This document shows positions 1 to 11,924 of a DNA stretch of 64,000 bases, piece by piece (within the stretch, counting starts at the first letter, position 1; every line of letters begins with the position of its first letter). Source of the DNA: Zootoca vivipara (taxonomy: Eukaryota); NCBI RefSeq assembly GCF_963506605.1, contig NC_083281.1, positions 71,486,001-71,550,000 of the forward strand, given 5' to 3'. The notes beneath the pieces are model-generated. The model ran no database searches and was not told where the DNA came from. It saw only the letters and a program-made list of their open reading frames with translations. The position numbers were made by a program, and so were the translations under genes.

Positions 1-756
1 CCTACTACTCTTAATGGCCAGCTGATAAGAGCCAATTGCTATGAGATAGTCAATCATCCCTCCATTGTGTCTGAAGAGATAGCCAAAGATTCAAGGTGTG
101 GTGACTCCACACACACCAGTTAATGGAAGGGACTGAGCAATAGTTTGGGCATAAATGAGGCAGAGCAGTCAGAATTAGCTAAATGCTAGAAGTATATTTG
201 GGGTCTGGCCTCTTCTCTGGGGATTTGATATGGTGTAATATATCTTCTACTTCATGGGGTGTCTGCTCTTTCTCTGCATTCCTGTTCTACTTGTTTATTG
301 TAGATTGAGCAAAGGAAATACAGTTAAGCGCTCCAATCCAGAGAAAGCTAAACTCAGGGCAAGCTACCCATAACTGCATTGCTTGGGGAAGTGGAGAGTC
401 CATGCCACAAAGGCTGGGTATGCACTCCCATCTTCTCTTAATCCAATGCACGCCCACCGCTTATTTGGGAAGTCATGTACACACAATGTTGGCTCCAATC
501 TATATCTATCTATCCTGTTGCACCCCGTGAAATTGAGAAAAAGAAGACCTAGCTGTATTTTAAGATGCCAATGTGTCTACAGTCAGTATTCTGGCTTCAG
601 ACCAATCTCCAACGCTCGCTCCCACCTTTTGAAAATCATTAAGTTCTAATTGTACTCACTTTTATTTGGCCCACTGTTGGTAGCCTTATCATCTATGAAG
701 TCAGTCAGATACCCTCAGGAAATCCTCTACATTATTATATCATCATCATCATTATT

Positions 757-1048
757 TGACTAGCAGGAAGTGCCCGGTGCTGCCTGGGTATTTTTTTTTA
801 AGAAACCTTTTTAAAAAATGGATAGTGCAATTTGTGAGTTTGGGCCTGTGACACCAAAAATCAGGTGCTGCCAATCCAAACTCATGTTTTGGTCCACCAT
901 CTTGATTCAAAATCAATGAAGACTGCTGTCCCCACCTTGGGATGGAACCCTTGTGCCAAGTTTAGCAACGATATCTCAAGAGGGGTCTGAATATATAGAG
1001 AAGAAACAGAAGACAAGACAAACCACTTTCCAAGATATATAGCAGATT
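757..1048. mobile_element. Non-autonomous Helentron/Helitron-like (HINE/DINE-1-type) element, degraded
   Basis: Starts ACTAG followed by a subterminal hairpin (cccgg-tgctg-cctggg), has tgtgccaagttt and an (A/G)ACA-rich tract, and ends ...tatatagcagatt. This layout resembles HINE/DINE-1 elements; pattern recognition only. Confidence 0.4.
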
Positions 1049-3339
1049 GATTTACCACTTTAGTGGTTTACAAATATAAAACCAGTTTTAAAAGGATGGC
1101 CACGCATAATTAAAACATGCAATAAAACAATGTCATAAAACATCAAAACATTCATAATTAAAATGCAAAACAAACAAGGCCTTTAAAACAACCTATATAT
1201 CTATATACACACACACTAACAATTAAGTATGGCTTCCTCCCCATTCCCCAAGCTAGTTAGGAAACTCACAGTATCAGGAAAGTGCCTTTTCCTCTCAGTG
1301 CAGTAAATGAGGACCACAGATCTATACAGCTAATATCTGATGAAGTTCATGCTGCCACTTAACTTACAAAACAGGCATGCAATAATGCAATTTGATAATT
1401 GAGCCACGGAGTTCAGAGTGCAGAGCTTGTGGTCTTCCAAAACAGACTATTTACAACAAGAAGTTGTAGTGTGGATGGAATGCTCTGGTCAGGACTCCAG
1501 CCACACTGCCATCTTCCAGAATACTCTGCTCCCTCTCCCTCTCCCTCTCCCTCACACACCCTGTTCAGCATTATGTGGTCAGTGAGGACACAATCTTCAC
1601 TGGGCTGAGAGTTTGGGGGGGGTGCCCTTATCCCCCCACCCCCCAGAATAAGTTGGCTTAAGACACTGGTGAAGTTGCTGCTTTGACAAACTTCAAAAGC
1701 AGTGTTCATGTAAGCTTTTTCCGGGAAAGTCAGTTGATAAGATCTGGTGCTGATTTAAACGCCCAGCCACATGACTTATCAACGTTCTACTTAGAAACGC
1801 TCCATGCATAAGTTTTGGTAACTCAAAACTATGTGGTTTTGTTAACTGCATACAAGGAGTGCACTGGCTTCCAAGCAGCCACTGCTTTCTAACACACAAG
1901 CTTTTAGCATAATGCCTGCCTCTATCTTGGAAACAAAAGTAGTTAATCTAAGCAAAACAGCAAGTGGAACTCAACCTCTGTGTAGATAAAAACCCTCAAC
2001 TGATATAAAGGTAGGGTACTAAACCCCAACATTTAACTTTAAATAAGGAGGGTGCATGCTAGTAAATGAAGAATTGGGCTTCTACTGGGATGTGAACTAT
2101 ACTATTCTTCACACACAAGTCGTCGTGTCCCCCACCCCACCCCCAGAATTTGTCAAAACTTAATAAAAATGCTTTATTACACTTGTTTCTTTTTATTATG
2201 CAAGGCATCTTGAAAATTACAAATAGAAATTTCACTTTGAGAACATGGCCTACATATCACTTAAGTCATCGTGTAGCCTATTCCCACCCACATTTACTCA
2301 GCAGCAGGTGCCTGCAGTGGAATTTATTCCTAAATGAGTGTGTCTAGAATTGCAGGCATGCAACCCAACATAAATGAATGCTTGTTCAGAGTCAGGCACC
2401 CACCAAGTTCAGTAGGGGGCTTACTCTGAGCAGATACTATGCATTGCCTCCTTTAAAATCCTATAATTATTGGAAATTAGATAAACTGAATTTAGTAGAT
2501 CTCACATCAAAGCAGACAAGAGTAGGATTCTAGTCTCTTGAACACTAGCCTATGGGATGGTAAAGCCAGTCACAATGCAGTTCTATTACATACCTACACA
2601 GCAGGACGCTCCATTGGACTTACTCCCAGGTAAATTGGTATAGGGTTACTGTCTTAATTACTTCAATCAGGCAGTCTTTGCCTGCTAGAAGGATACTATG
2701 TCGTGGTGGGTATTTTGAAATAGGTGCTTTTAGCTACTTTACATCAAAGTTACCATCAATATCCTGTATTCCATCCAAAAAATTTAGGTTTACCCATGTA
2801 TTTATGTGAATTTAAAGCATTTATGAACTGCTTAATGTTTCAAAATGTCCTAGGGATTCAAACATGCCCTTCTTCCACAGAGGAGTTACAGAGAAGCCCA
2901 CACTGGAAAGACTGCAGACCACAACATCCTGTGTGGACAGAAAGTACCTGCATTGCAAGAACTCCTCTTTTCAAAACCTGGGCTGTGATCCTCCATAATT
3001 ACTTGGGGGTAAGCCCCATAGAGCTCAGTGTGATTTGCTTCAAAGTAAAACATGCAGGATTGCACTGCTGCTCATTCTCCAGAAAGTCTCCAATTATAAT
3101 CCCCATGGTTGACTTGGCTTAATATCTATTACCAGCAAGGGACGTTATCTAGCCAGAAACTCATTTGAAACACATCTTCAGCTGCCTATTTCTTCTCCAG
3201 TCAAAGATATTTCAGGCCACACACCAAACACTTTCCAGCAACTGCCTCAAGAGAAGCAATAAGCCCCTTACGCTTCTTCCCCTCTGAACTTTTCTACATC
3301 ACCCTGCAACTTCACTCCTTTTGGAAAGCAGCACTTACT

Positions 3340-5100
3340 GAAAGGACACGTCCGAGCACCCCAACGCCCGAAAGGGAGGAAGCGGAAAGGAAGCAGCTCA
3401 CGACACACGAGACATTGGGCAGCAGGGCCCCCAAGCTCCCTTCCAGCCGCCTGCCTCCAAGAAGCGCCCGCACTGGCCCAGGCTGAGGACCAAACCCCGC
3501 AGGAGAGGCCTGGAGGGAATCCGCTGCCCGGGACGCCTCTCGGCCGGCGCTCAAGCGCTTCAAGCTCCTGCCCCCCGGACTTCCTGGCTCACTTGCCTCC
3601 TGAGCCACAGAGTGCGACCAGGGCGCCTTGGCGGTCGCCCTCGCTCCCCGCCTTCCTGCGCCCCCGGCCCCCCTGCAGCCGCCCAGAGCCCTACCTCTTC
3701 CTCGCTAAGCCACCGAGGCGGGCACTTCCCAGCAGGCCAGCCAATCCGCCGGGCCGTTTCCACAGCCGCTTCGACCACGTCTGCTCAGTAAGCAGCCCGA
3801 GAAGGTGGAGCTTGGGGGTGGGGGGAAGGCTCACCGAAAAGCAGCAGCAGGAGCAGCCGGAAAAGCAGATGCGGCGTTCGACGGAGAGAAGAGGAAGAGC
3901 AGGAGCCCGGCGATGGTGGTGGCGGCGGCGGCGACTCTGAAAAGCTGGGCTGGGGGCCCCTGTGATTGACTCCAGAAGCTCCAGCTGTGCGCTATTTAAG
4001 GCCAGCAGCCCGGGCGGCTGCTTGGGAGCCCGAGCGCGCTTAAAGGGAGCCGGAACGGAGCTCAGCCTCACGAGTAAGGCACGAGACAGCGAGGGCGGCC
4101 AGCTAGCGCTCCTGACACCTGTCTTTCACCTCCTGCGGTGGCGTTTCCTAAGGATGCTGGGGAGCAACCAGCCCGGGGCGAGGCTCTTTCTCGCTTGCCC
4201 AAAATCCAGGCATTGCGCTGACTCCAGCAGGCGGTGAGCAGCGCGGGCTGTGGGCGATCGGGGGGCTCTGCCATGTGCGCGGGGCCCGGGGCTGAGCTTC
4301 GAAGGAGGGGCGGCGGGGGGAGGAGGAGCAGCGCGTAGGGCCGTGAGAAGCAGCGGCAGCCCGGCTGCCCCGGCCGGCCCGCGCCATGGCGAAGGATGAG
4401 TGCAAGGCGCTGCTGGACGCGCTGAGCAAAGTGACGGCCTGCTACCGGCACATGGTGCTGACCATCGGCGGCACCTCGGACTCGCAGAACCTGCGCGAGG
4501 AGCTCAAAAAGACCCGCCAGAAAGCCCAGGAACTGGCGGTGGCCAACCGCAACAAGCTTACGGCCGCCTTGCGGGACAAGACGGTGAGCAAAGAGGACAG
4601 GGCGGAATTCGAGCGGCTTTGGGTTCTCTTCTCCACCTGCTTGGAGATCCTGGAGACCGACATGCGGCGCGCCCTGGAGCTGGGGCAGGAGTTTCCCCTC
4701 AACGTACCTAAAAAGCCGCTCATCCAGACGGGGATGAGCGGCGGCACCTCCGGGGTGGCCGCCCGGGCCATGAGCGTCCAGAACATGAAATACGAGGCGG
4801 ACAACAACATCGACGTGGTGGATTTGAAGGACCTGGAGAACGAGATCAACCAAGTAGGGGAGATGATGTACGAGATGGAGATGAAAGTCAGCGTCCCGCA
4901 ATGGACGGTGGAGGCCAAGCAGGACCCTGGGGCGGAGCTCAAGTCCACAATCAGCGTGGGCGCCTCCTCCATCGGCATGATCGAGGTGGAGGAGAGCAAG
5001 GCCTTTTGCGATATCAGCAAAGTGCTGGCCGGCATCATCTTCACTGCCGTCCTTCTCATCGCCATCATCCTGGCTGTGTGTGTGGCAAAGCTCTCCTAAG
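3340..5100. promoter_or_regulatory. CpG island; RGS9BP promoter, probably bidirectional with ANKRD27
   Basis: Sharp rise in GC and CpG. CCAAT at ~3741, TATTTAA at 3993-3999. Minus-strand splice donors TCG|GTGAGC (3835/3834) and GAG|GTAGGG (3695/3694). ANKRD27 is head-to-head with RGS9BP in human. Confidence 0.7.
4386..5099 (+). CDS. RGS9BP: Regulator of G-protein signaling 9-binding protein (R9AP), intronless, 237 aa
   Basis: Strong Kozak context gcc[26 protein letters not shown]...[19 protein letters not shown] is the R9AP N-terminus. C-terminal transmembrane anchor [25 protein letters not shown]. Synteny with NUDT19 and TDRD12. Confidence 0.97.
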   Translation: MAKDECKALLDALSKVTACYRHMVLTIGGTSDSQNLREELKKTRQKAQELAVANRNKLTAALRDKTVSKEDRAEFERLWVLFSTCLEILETDMRRALELGQEFPLNVPKKPLIQTGMSGGTSGVAARAMSVQNMKYEADNNIDVVDLKDLENEINQVGEMMYEMEMKVSVPQWTVEAKQDPGAELKSTISVGASSIGMIEVEESKAFCDISKVLAGIIFTAVLLIAIILAVCVAKLS

Positions 5101-6494
5101 GTGGGGGATGCCAGGTCCAGGAGAAGAGTTGGGCTTTTCTTGATAAGGGAGAAAAAGGAAAGGCGTTTGTCCCCCCCAGATTATGGTTTTCCAAGTAAAG
5201 GGGTGGAGGGAGGTGGAGAGTATGGGATGGGCTCCCTGTGCCGGAATGAGGGGCAGGGGATGTGTTCTGTTCAAGTCCTAAGCCTGAGGATTTGTGCGAT
5301 ATTCTAGCTTTAAAGAACAGTCCATCTAAGGTACGTGGCAGCATTACAACTCCCAGCCATAGTAGGGATTTGTTCGCTATTTATAGAAGATTATTCTCAG
5401 TAAGCAGAAAAAAAAGTATTGTTTGTGACTAGGTTCTATTGTTGGTCTATGTTTACAAACTGATTACAAATTGCACATGATTTGGAGATGGGAATTAATT
5501 CAGTGGCAAAATGGAGACACCTATAAATTTACATATAATTTCCTACAAACATAAATGATGTTGTGGTCCTGAGCTCAGGATTTGTTTTCTCTCTCTAAAA
5601 GAAGTATGCTTTTAGCCCTGTGTGCTAAGCCTGATAGTATTTTTTTTTGTGGAAGGGGGAATTTAGGACCAAATGGTTTAAGAGACCTGAACTTCTTTTG
5701 TTGTATAGGATCTAATTGCACTTTGGCACAGCGTACACTGTGAAAGGCAATCCAAATCTGCAGGAGAAAGATTAAGCACCATTTACAGAGACCTTAAGAA
5801 GCTCTGTGTTCAATTCACTGTTGCATAACATATTCTACCACTTATAGTTTGCTGTGGGGTAGGACCAGTTCAGCTGCTTTGTCTACTGTCAGTCAAGTTT
5901 AAATGCTACACTGCCTGTTCAGACCAAATCTTCCAGAAAGGATGCTGCATTATACCCCCCTTATATATATTTATAATTATACAGCATATGCGCACACATG
6001 CTGCATTATATTTAATGCATATATCACATACTCACAGTAGGATTTCCTTCCTAGTAGGTGCATTCATTGCTTTGAAATCATGTATGGATACACATACCTG
6101 AGCTGGGAGCAAGTCCCAGTGGATTCAGGATTTAATTCTGAGTAAATAAGATTGCACTGCACAACTCCTCTGGGGCTTTATGGTTTGTGCGTGGAAGCTG
6201 AACAGTGGTGTTTCTAAAACAGTGAAGCTAGAGTGCAGCAAGATCCCAAGTATGTTTACTCAGAAGTAAACTCTACTGAGTTAAATAAGACTTTCTCTCT
6301 GGTAAGTGGGCTTAGAATTGAAGCTTTAAATGCAGGCTCTGGCTATAATCCTGAGCATACTTATAAAGAAGATTCCATTTATTTCAGTGGGACTTTCATA
6401 TAATGTGTTTCAGATTTGGGGTGTCAATGTCGCCTAAAAACAAGTCACTATCACTGATTTTTTTAATGCTGTAACAGGACGTTAAAACCTATGA

Positions 6495-6626
6495 ATCTGC
6501 CTTGTGCAAAGTCAGACCATTAGTTCATCTAACACAGCATTATGCTTCTTTGCTCACTGGCAGTGGTTCTCCAGGGTTTCAGACAGGGGTCTTTCCCAGG
6601 CTTACCTGGAGATTCCAGAGAACCCT
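6495..6626 (-). mobile_element. Squamate tRNA-derived SINE fragment (Squam3-like)
   Basis: Reverse complement matches the copy at 32551-32745 (gaaaccctggagag..c.cag; tctgact....taaggcag). Confidence 0.55.
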
Positions 6627-7516
6627 TTCCTGTGCTTGATCTCCGCTCTGATTCTATGGTGCAAAGAAGAGGCATGATCTCACGTTGACAGTCTGAAGTT
6701 TACACATGTACATCTCCTATTACTGTTAATGAGATTTACATATGTACCTGCCAGAGCCAAGAAGATTAGTATCAATCTTATAATCCTGACATACCCAAGA
6801 CCTGGCACAAATGTGACTTGGATGGCAGCATTTGAGCACAGGGCTGTCGGAGCTAGACAGTGGAGCTAAACATTATGTAAAAGAGGGCATTGCTCCTCTT
6901 TTAAGCTGTCTGTGGAACAGTATCTTTAAAGGGGATGCATGAAGCATTCCTGTGCAAACAAGGCCCTATCTGAAATGGCTTTTAAAGCAGCATTTCATTT
7001 CAGTCACAGTGGATTGTCAAGAACAGTATACTCAACATGCAGTTCCACTCATTCAAACTACAAAGGTGTTACTGAACATTTCTAACCACTTTAGCAGCAA
7101 TTAGCAGTTCCAGGCAACAAAGTTAAGCAACTGAAAGTGTGGTCCCATCCCTGTCTACTTAGCAGTAAGTGAGACTAACTTCTGAATAAACATGCTTAGG
7201 ACTGTATTGCTCATGTGCACAAAACATGCTTCTCTACTTGCCCCTTGAATTAACTGAGTTAATTGAAGCGGTAAGAAGATTTACAGGTCAAGCTTCAACC
7301 TCTTCAAACTTTTAAGTGCACAAGTCGGTGAAAACATTAATCTGAACCCTTGGGTGTAACAAACCCATGAGTTACAATTGTCCAGTGTTAGATTTCCTAG
7401 CAATGGTGATATGTGTTTTGGATTGGCATTGTGATAGAGTGATATACTTTGCATGATAGGATGCCCTAAGTTACTTTACATGAGTTCCTAAAGAGCTACT
7501 TCCACTTTCTCTATAC

Positions 7517-7660
7517 CAGTGATGGTGAACCTTTTTCAGCCCAAAGTTCACATTCCCTTCTGGGCAACTTTCTGGGGAGGATGTCTGGCCTCAGGAGAGT
7601 TCCAGTGGCTGAAAAGAGAGAGCTTGGGAGCACATTCGGGGCCCAGACCTGAGACCCCTG
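7517..7660. mobile_element. hAT MITE
   Basis: CAGTG...CCCTG termini; 8-bp TSD ctctatac/ctctagac (1 mismatch). Confidence 0.7.
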
Positions 7661-9647
7661 CTCTAGACAGGACTGATTTATATGGTCTGACACTATGGGC
7701 TAGCTCATTACATTTAAATCAAATGGCTAACTCAAGAGCATCCACCCACCCAGCAACTGCTACAGGGCTAACAAGAATATATTGTATGATTACTAAGAAG
7801 CAGGCAGCAGAATCTTATACCCTGACCCTAAGTCACTTGGGCTAAGAGCACGAGTCTGCTATTGACAAATCTGTTAAGTTTTATTAATAGAGCTATCCTG
7901 AATGTAATACTTGGAATTAGGTCCCATTAATTTCAAAGGATCTTCCATATGGCATGTTTAGGATTAGTATGCTTGTCTCATTAATGTCCTTGCAAACTGG
8001 ATACATGCAGCCCAGTTCTCTGTATATTTACATGGAAGGTCATGATGGACTCAATGGATGTCGGCAAACCTAAAAACACTTGAAAGCTAGTCAACATTGG
8101 GATAAGTGGGACCTACCTGCAATAGGATCAGGCTGCACAGCTGCAATGCTTTTTGTACTTACTTGGAAGTAAAGTCCCATTGAGCATAGCTGGACTTTAA
8201 CTTCTGAGCTAACATGCATAGGAGGCGGGGCTGCCAGTGAAAACCTATAGGTTCTGCCTTCACAAGCATATACTTACCGTAGGTATGTACCTAGCAAATC
8301 TATTAAGACTAATGATTTACTGACCATTCTTGAACTCTATGTGATGCCTACATCATACAGTACCCACATTAGTTTCCTTAGAATTTTAAGTTTACACTTA
8401 TTTACCAGTACAGTACTTGTAAGCCAAAACTTAAAATTCTCTGCATACAGGTAGACCATATTTCAGATCAAATATACTCAAGACAGACTTCTGTCCTACA
8501 GGGATTTTATGGAAAAGAATGCCCTGTAAGTATGCACAAAATGAGAACCTAATTCCATAACTTGCTTCTCTTTAGGAATGAACCATTAATCTTCCTAAAT
8601 ATGTTATTTGAGTAAACTGGCTCAGGCTACCCATTAACAGCAGTCTTGTTAGTGAAATTTGTGCTGCATGTTTGCAGGCAGCACTGGACAGCAGGCCGTC
8701 AAACAAGTCTTGGTTCTGTAGAGGTTGCAACCAGGCAAGACTTCAAACCATGTTAACACATAAATAAATCCTCCTGTGTTCAATAAGCAAGACAGCAGCC
8801 TTAATTACTCAAGGTATCAAAAGTGTTTTGATATTTGATTGTAAATATGTGTTTAGTCCAAAAATGGAATTGAGAGGTGGAATTTGGATTTTATGTATTT
8901 GAGATGACAATGATGTCAAAATTGTGTACTCATATTGGTGCTAAAGTACCTCTGCATATGTAGATAGACTCAAACTGCTGCTATTGATCCCGTGTTTTGA
9001 CCACTGTTTCACTTCAAACATTGTTCATGAGAGGTAGTGATGGCTGTCTTCACTGCTACAAGGGCTAGACCTTTTTCTTCAGTGTGGTTCACACACCTTG
9101 CACTTAAAGCTGGTCTGCAAATGGCAGCATTAAACTTCAGAGTGGGGGGTGCATCGTTGGATTGCAGCTAGCAGTATTTTAATCAGAAACAGATTGTATA
9201 TTCTTTGCACACCAAGGGTTGTATTTTTTTCTGGAACAAACAGGAAATCCAGATGCATTAACTTTTTTTAGTTCCAACTTGGGTGCAGTCTTTTCTCTAT
9301 CCATTTTTGTAAAAGTGTCAGGTTTATGAGATGTAAATCTATTATGCGGACATACAAGATTTGTTTTCCAAATGATCTAAGACACAGGATTGCCACTATC
9401 TAATTACCTAATGGGTCCACCATTAATCTTCCATGTACGCCCAGTGTAATCACATGCGCAATGTGACCTAGGCACAGCTGCCTGTCGCATGGTTTACTAA
9501 GCTGACCAGATGCAAAGGAGGTCAAGACTCTCATACCTTTAAATAGTGATATGGAAGAAGACATGTTGACAGGTTTAGCTTGCTAGGTAGAAATCAATGG
9601 AATAAAATATAACAGCTAAAATTCTATGGAAGTGTGAAAGATATGAG

Positions 9648-9856
9648 ACACTGGAAGAACTTTCTGACAGTAAGAGCTGTTCAACAGTGGAATGGACTCC
9701 CTTGGAAGATTGCAGGCTCTCCTTTCTTAGAGGTTAATTAAGCAGGGGCTGGATGGTCATCTGTCATGGATGCTTTAGTTGAGATTCCTGCATTGCATGG
9801 GGTTGGAGTGGATGAGCATTGGGGTACCTTCTACAGTGCAATTCTATTATTCTGTG
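9648..9856 (+). mobile_element. CR1 LINE 3' end fragment
   Basis: ggaagaactttctgacagtaagagctgtt... ending in an attctattattctgtg tail; matches 22955-23148. Confidence 0.85.
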
Positions 9857-10097
9857 GTTAAACGACTTGGATGAAGGAATTGAGGGTATGCTCATTAAAT
9901 TTGCGGATGACACCAAACTGGAAGGGGTAGCTAATGCCACAGAAGACAGAATTGGGATTAAAGCTGATTTTAACAGATTAGAGAACTGGGCCCAAACAAA
10001 CAAAATGAATTTCAATAGGGACAAATGTAAGGTTCTACACTTGGGCAAGAAGAACCAACTCCACAAATATAAGATGGAGGGACACCTGGCTTGCCAG

Positions 10098-10223
10098 TGT
10101 TGTTGTTTAGTCGTTTAGTCGTGTCCGACTCTTCGTGACCCCATGGACCATAGCACGCCAGGCACTCCTATGGTCCATGGGGTCACGAAGAGTCGGACAC
10201 GACTAAACGACTAAACAACAACA
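10098..10223. mobile_element. Palindromic insertion of two inverted Bov-B (RTE) 3' ends
   Basis: Both arms match the Bov-B 3' end at 56275-56350. Flanked by a 12-bp direct repeat ctggcttgccag (10086-10097, 10224-10235). Confidence 0.9.
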
Positions 10224-10840
10224 CTGGCTTGCCAGGTGTATATGTGAAAAGGATCTAGGGGTCTCAGTAGAACCACAAGCTTAACATGAGTTAACCATCT
10301 GATGCAGCAGTAAAAAAAGCTAATGCTATTCTAGGCTACGTCAACAGACGTTTAGTGTCTAAATCAAGGGAAGTAATAGCACCACTATTCTGCCTTGGTC
10401 AGACCACACCTGGAGTACTGTCTCCAGTTCTGGGCACCACCATTTAAGAAGGATAATGAAAAGCTGGAACGAGTGCAGCAGAGGATGACCAAGATGATAA
10501 AGGGCCTGGAAACCAAGTCTTATGAGGAATGGTTGGGGGAGCTGGGTATATTTAGCATGGAAAAGAGGAGACATGAAGGCCATCTTCAAATATCTAAAGG
10601 GCTGTCACATGGATTAAGGAACAAGCTTGTTTTCTCCTCCAGAGTATAGGACCAGAACCAATAGATTTATGTTACAAGAAAGAAGATTCCAATTAAACAT
10701 TAGGAATAACTTTCTGATGGTAAAAGCTCTTTGACGGTGGAACGGACTCCCTCCAGTGGTAAAATCTCCTTCATTGGAGGTTTCTTAGCACAAGTTGGAT
10801 GGCCATCAGTCATGGATACTTTAGTCGAGATTCCTCAATT

Positions 10841-10976
10841 CAGGCTTCCTCAACCTTGGCCCTCCAGATGTTTTGAGACTACAATTCCCAGCATCCTTGA
10901 CCACTGGTCATGCTAGCTAGGGATCATGGGAGCTGTAGGCCAAAAAAATCTGGATGGCCGAGGTTGAAGAAGCCTG
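10841..10976. mobile_element. 136-bp hAT MITE nested in CR1
   Basis: Long TIRs caggcttcctcaacc...; TSD cctcaatt/ccttaatt. Confidence 0.88.
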
Positions 10977-11918
10977 CCTTAATTGCAGGGGCTGGAATAG
11001 ATGACCCTCAGAGTCCCTTTCAACTCTACAATTCTACGATTTATATCTTAGCACTCGAGCCACTAGATTGTGATGTACTGAATATATTTTACACACAAAA
11101 TCACATTAGCTCAGGTTGCACATAATGGTCATCTGAACAATTTCTTGGCACAAAAGTACAGTACAAGCATTTAGACTTCTAGAGGAGAGACTGCTGCCAC
11201 TTTGCTCTTGGCCTGGTCTTCTGCAGCTGTGAGATAAGCCTTGGTTTAACCTAGTAAGTCATCTGACCCTGCGCTCATCGTTTGTCCCCTCCAGGCAAAT
11301 CACAAGCTGTAAGCCAAACAAAACTTGGTTGCAGCTCATGGTTTCTTGGGAATGAAACAAACCACAACCCTTGGTTCAGGCAACATGCTACAGGACTGAA
11401 GAAGCAAAGCAGCCACAATCTCCATTTGGACCAAGCCATGGTTTGGCTTAAGTGTTATGTATAAACTGGATCACAAATTTAAAGCAGAAGCTTGGCTTTT
11501 ATGCATACACACACACACTTCTAAAGGCCTGGTTATTTTCTTATGTTTACAGCCTTAGTAATTTTTAAGAATGTATATATTCACTGGAAAAGGCAGAGGG
11601 AGTCTTTTTTTTGTAAAATAAGATTTTTTTAAAATCAAACTTTGCTGTATTTTACAGAGTATGACAAAGTAATGTATTACGACCATGATGATAACCCAGT
11701 AATTATAAATACAGAGTGTGCAATATAAAAGGAAATAAGCACTTTTGATTTATAACATCCAGGTTTTACTTCAAAATGTTTTGTCGGGTTCATATTACAG
11801 AATTGTTTTAGTATGAATATGGAAGTGTTAAAATATTATAATGAGCTGGCATCATTCCATCTGAGCAAAAGTGTTGCTTTTGTGCTCAGGATAAAGCCTG
11901 TTGCTATTATTTATTTAA

Positions 11919-11924
11919 AATAAA
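11919..11924 (+). terminator. Candidate distal poly(A) signal of RGS9BP
   Basis: AATAAA after an AU-rich, TGTA-rich, repeat-free block (11500-11920), followed by GT/T-rich sequence. More proximal AATAAA hexamers also exist. Confidence 0.3.

Larger units (their letters stand above)
9857..11044 (+). mobile_element. CR1 LINE, 5'-truncated, from RT domain to 3' tail; carries two nested insertions
   Basis: NDLDEGIEGMLIKFADDTKL (RT motif), [14 protein letters not shown], and a ctacaattctacgat tail. Confidence 0.92.

Noticed and set aside
3312-4237. Several 70-126 aa ORFs in the CpG island
   Set aside because: Low-complexity R/P/G/A translations expected in stop-poor GC-rich DNA.
4068-5068. Long antisense ORFs (277 and 208 aa) over RGS9BP
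   Set aside because: Shadows of a GC3-rich coding strand; no recognisable protein.
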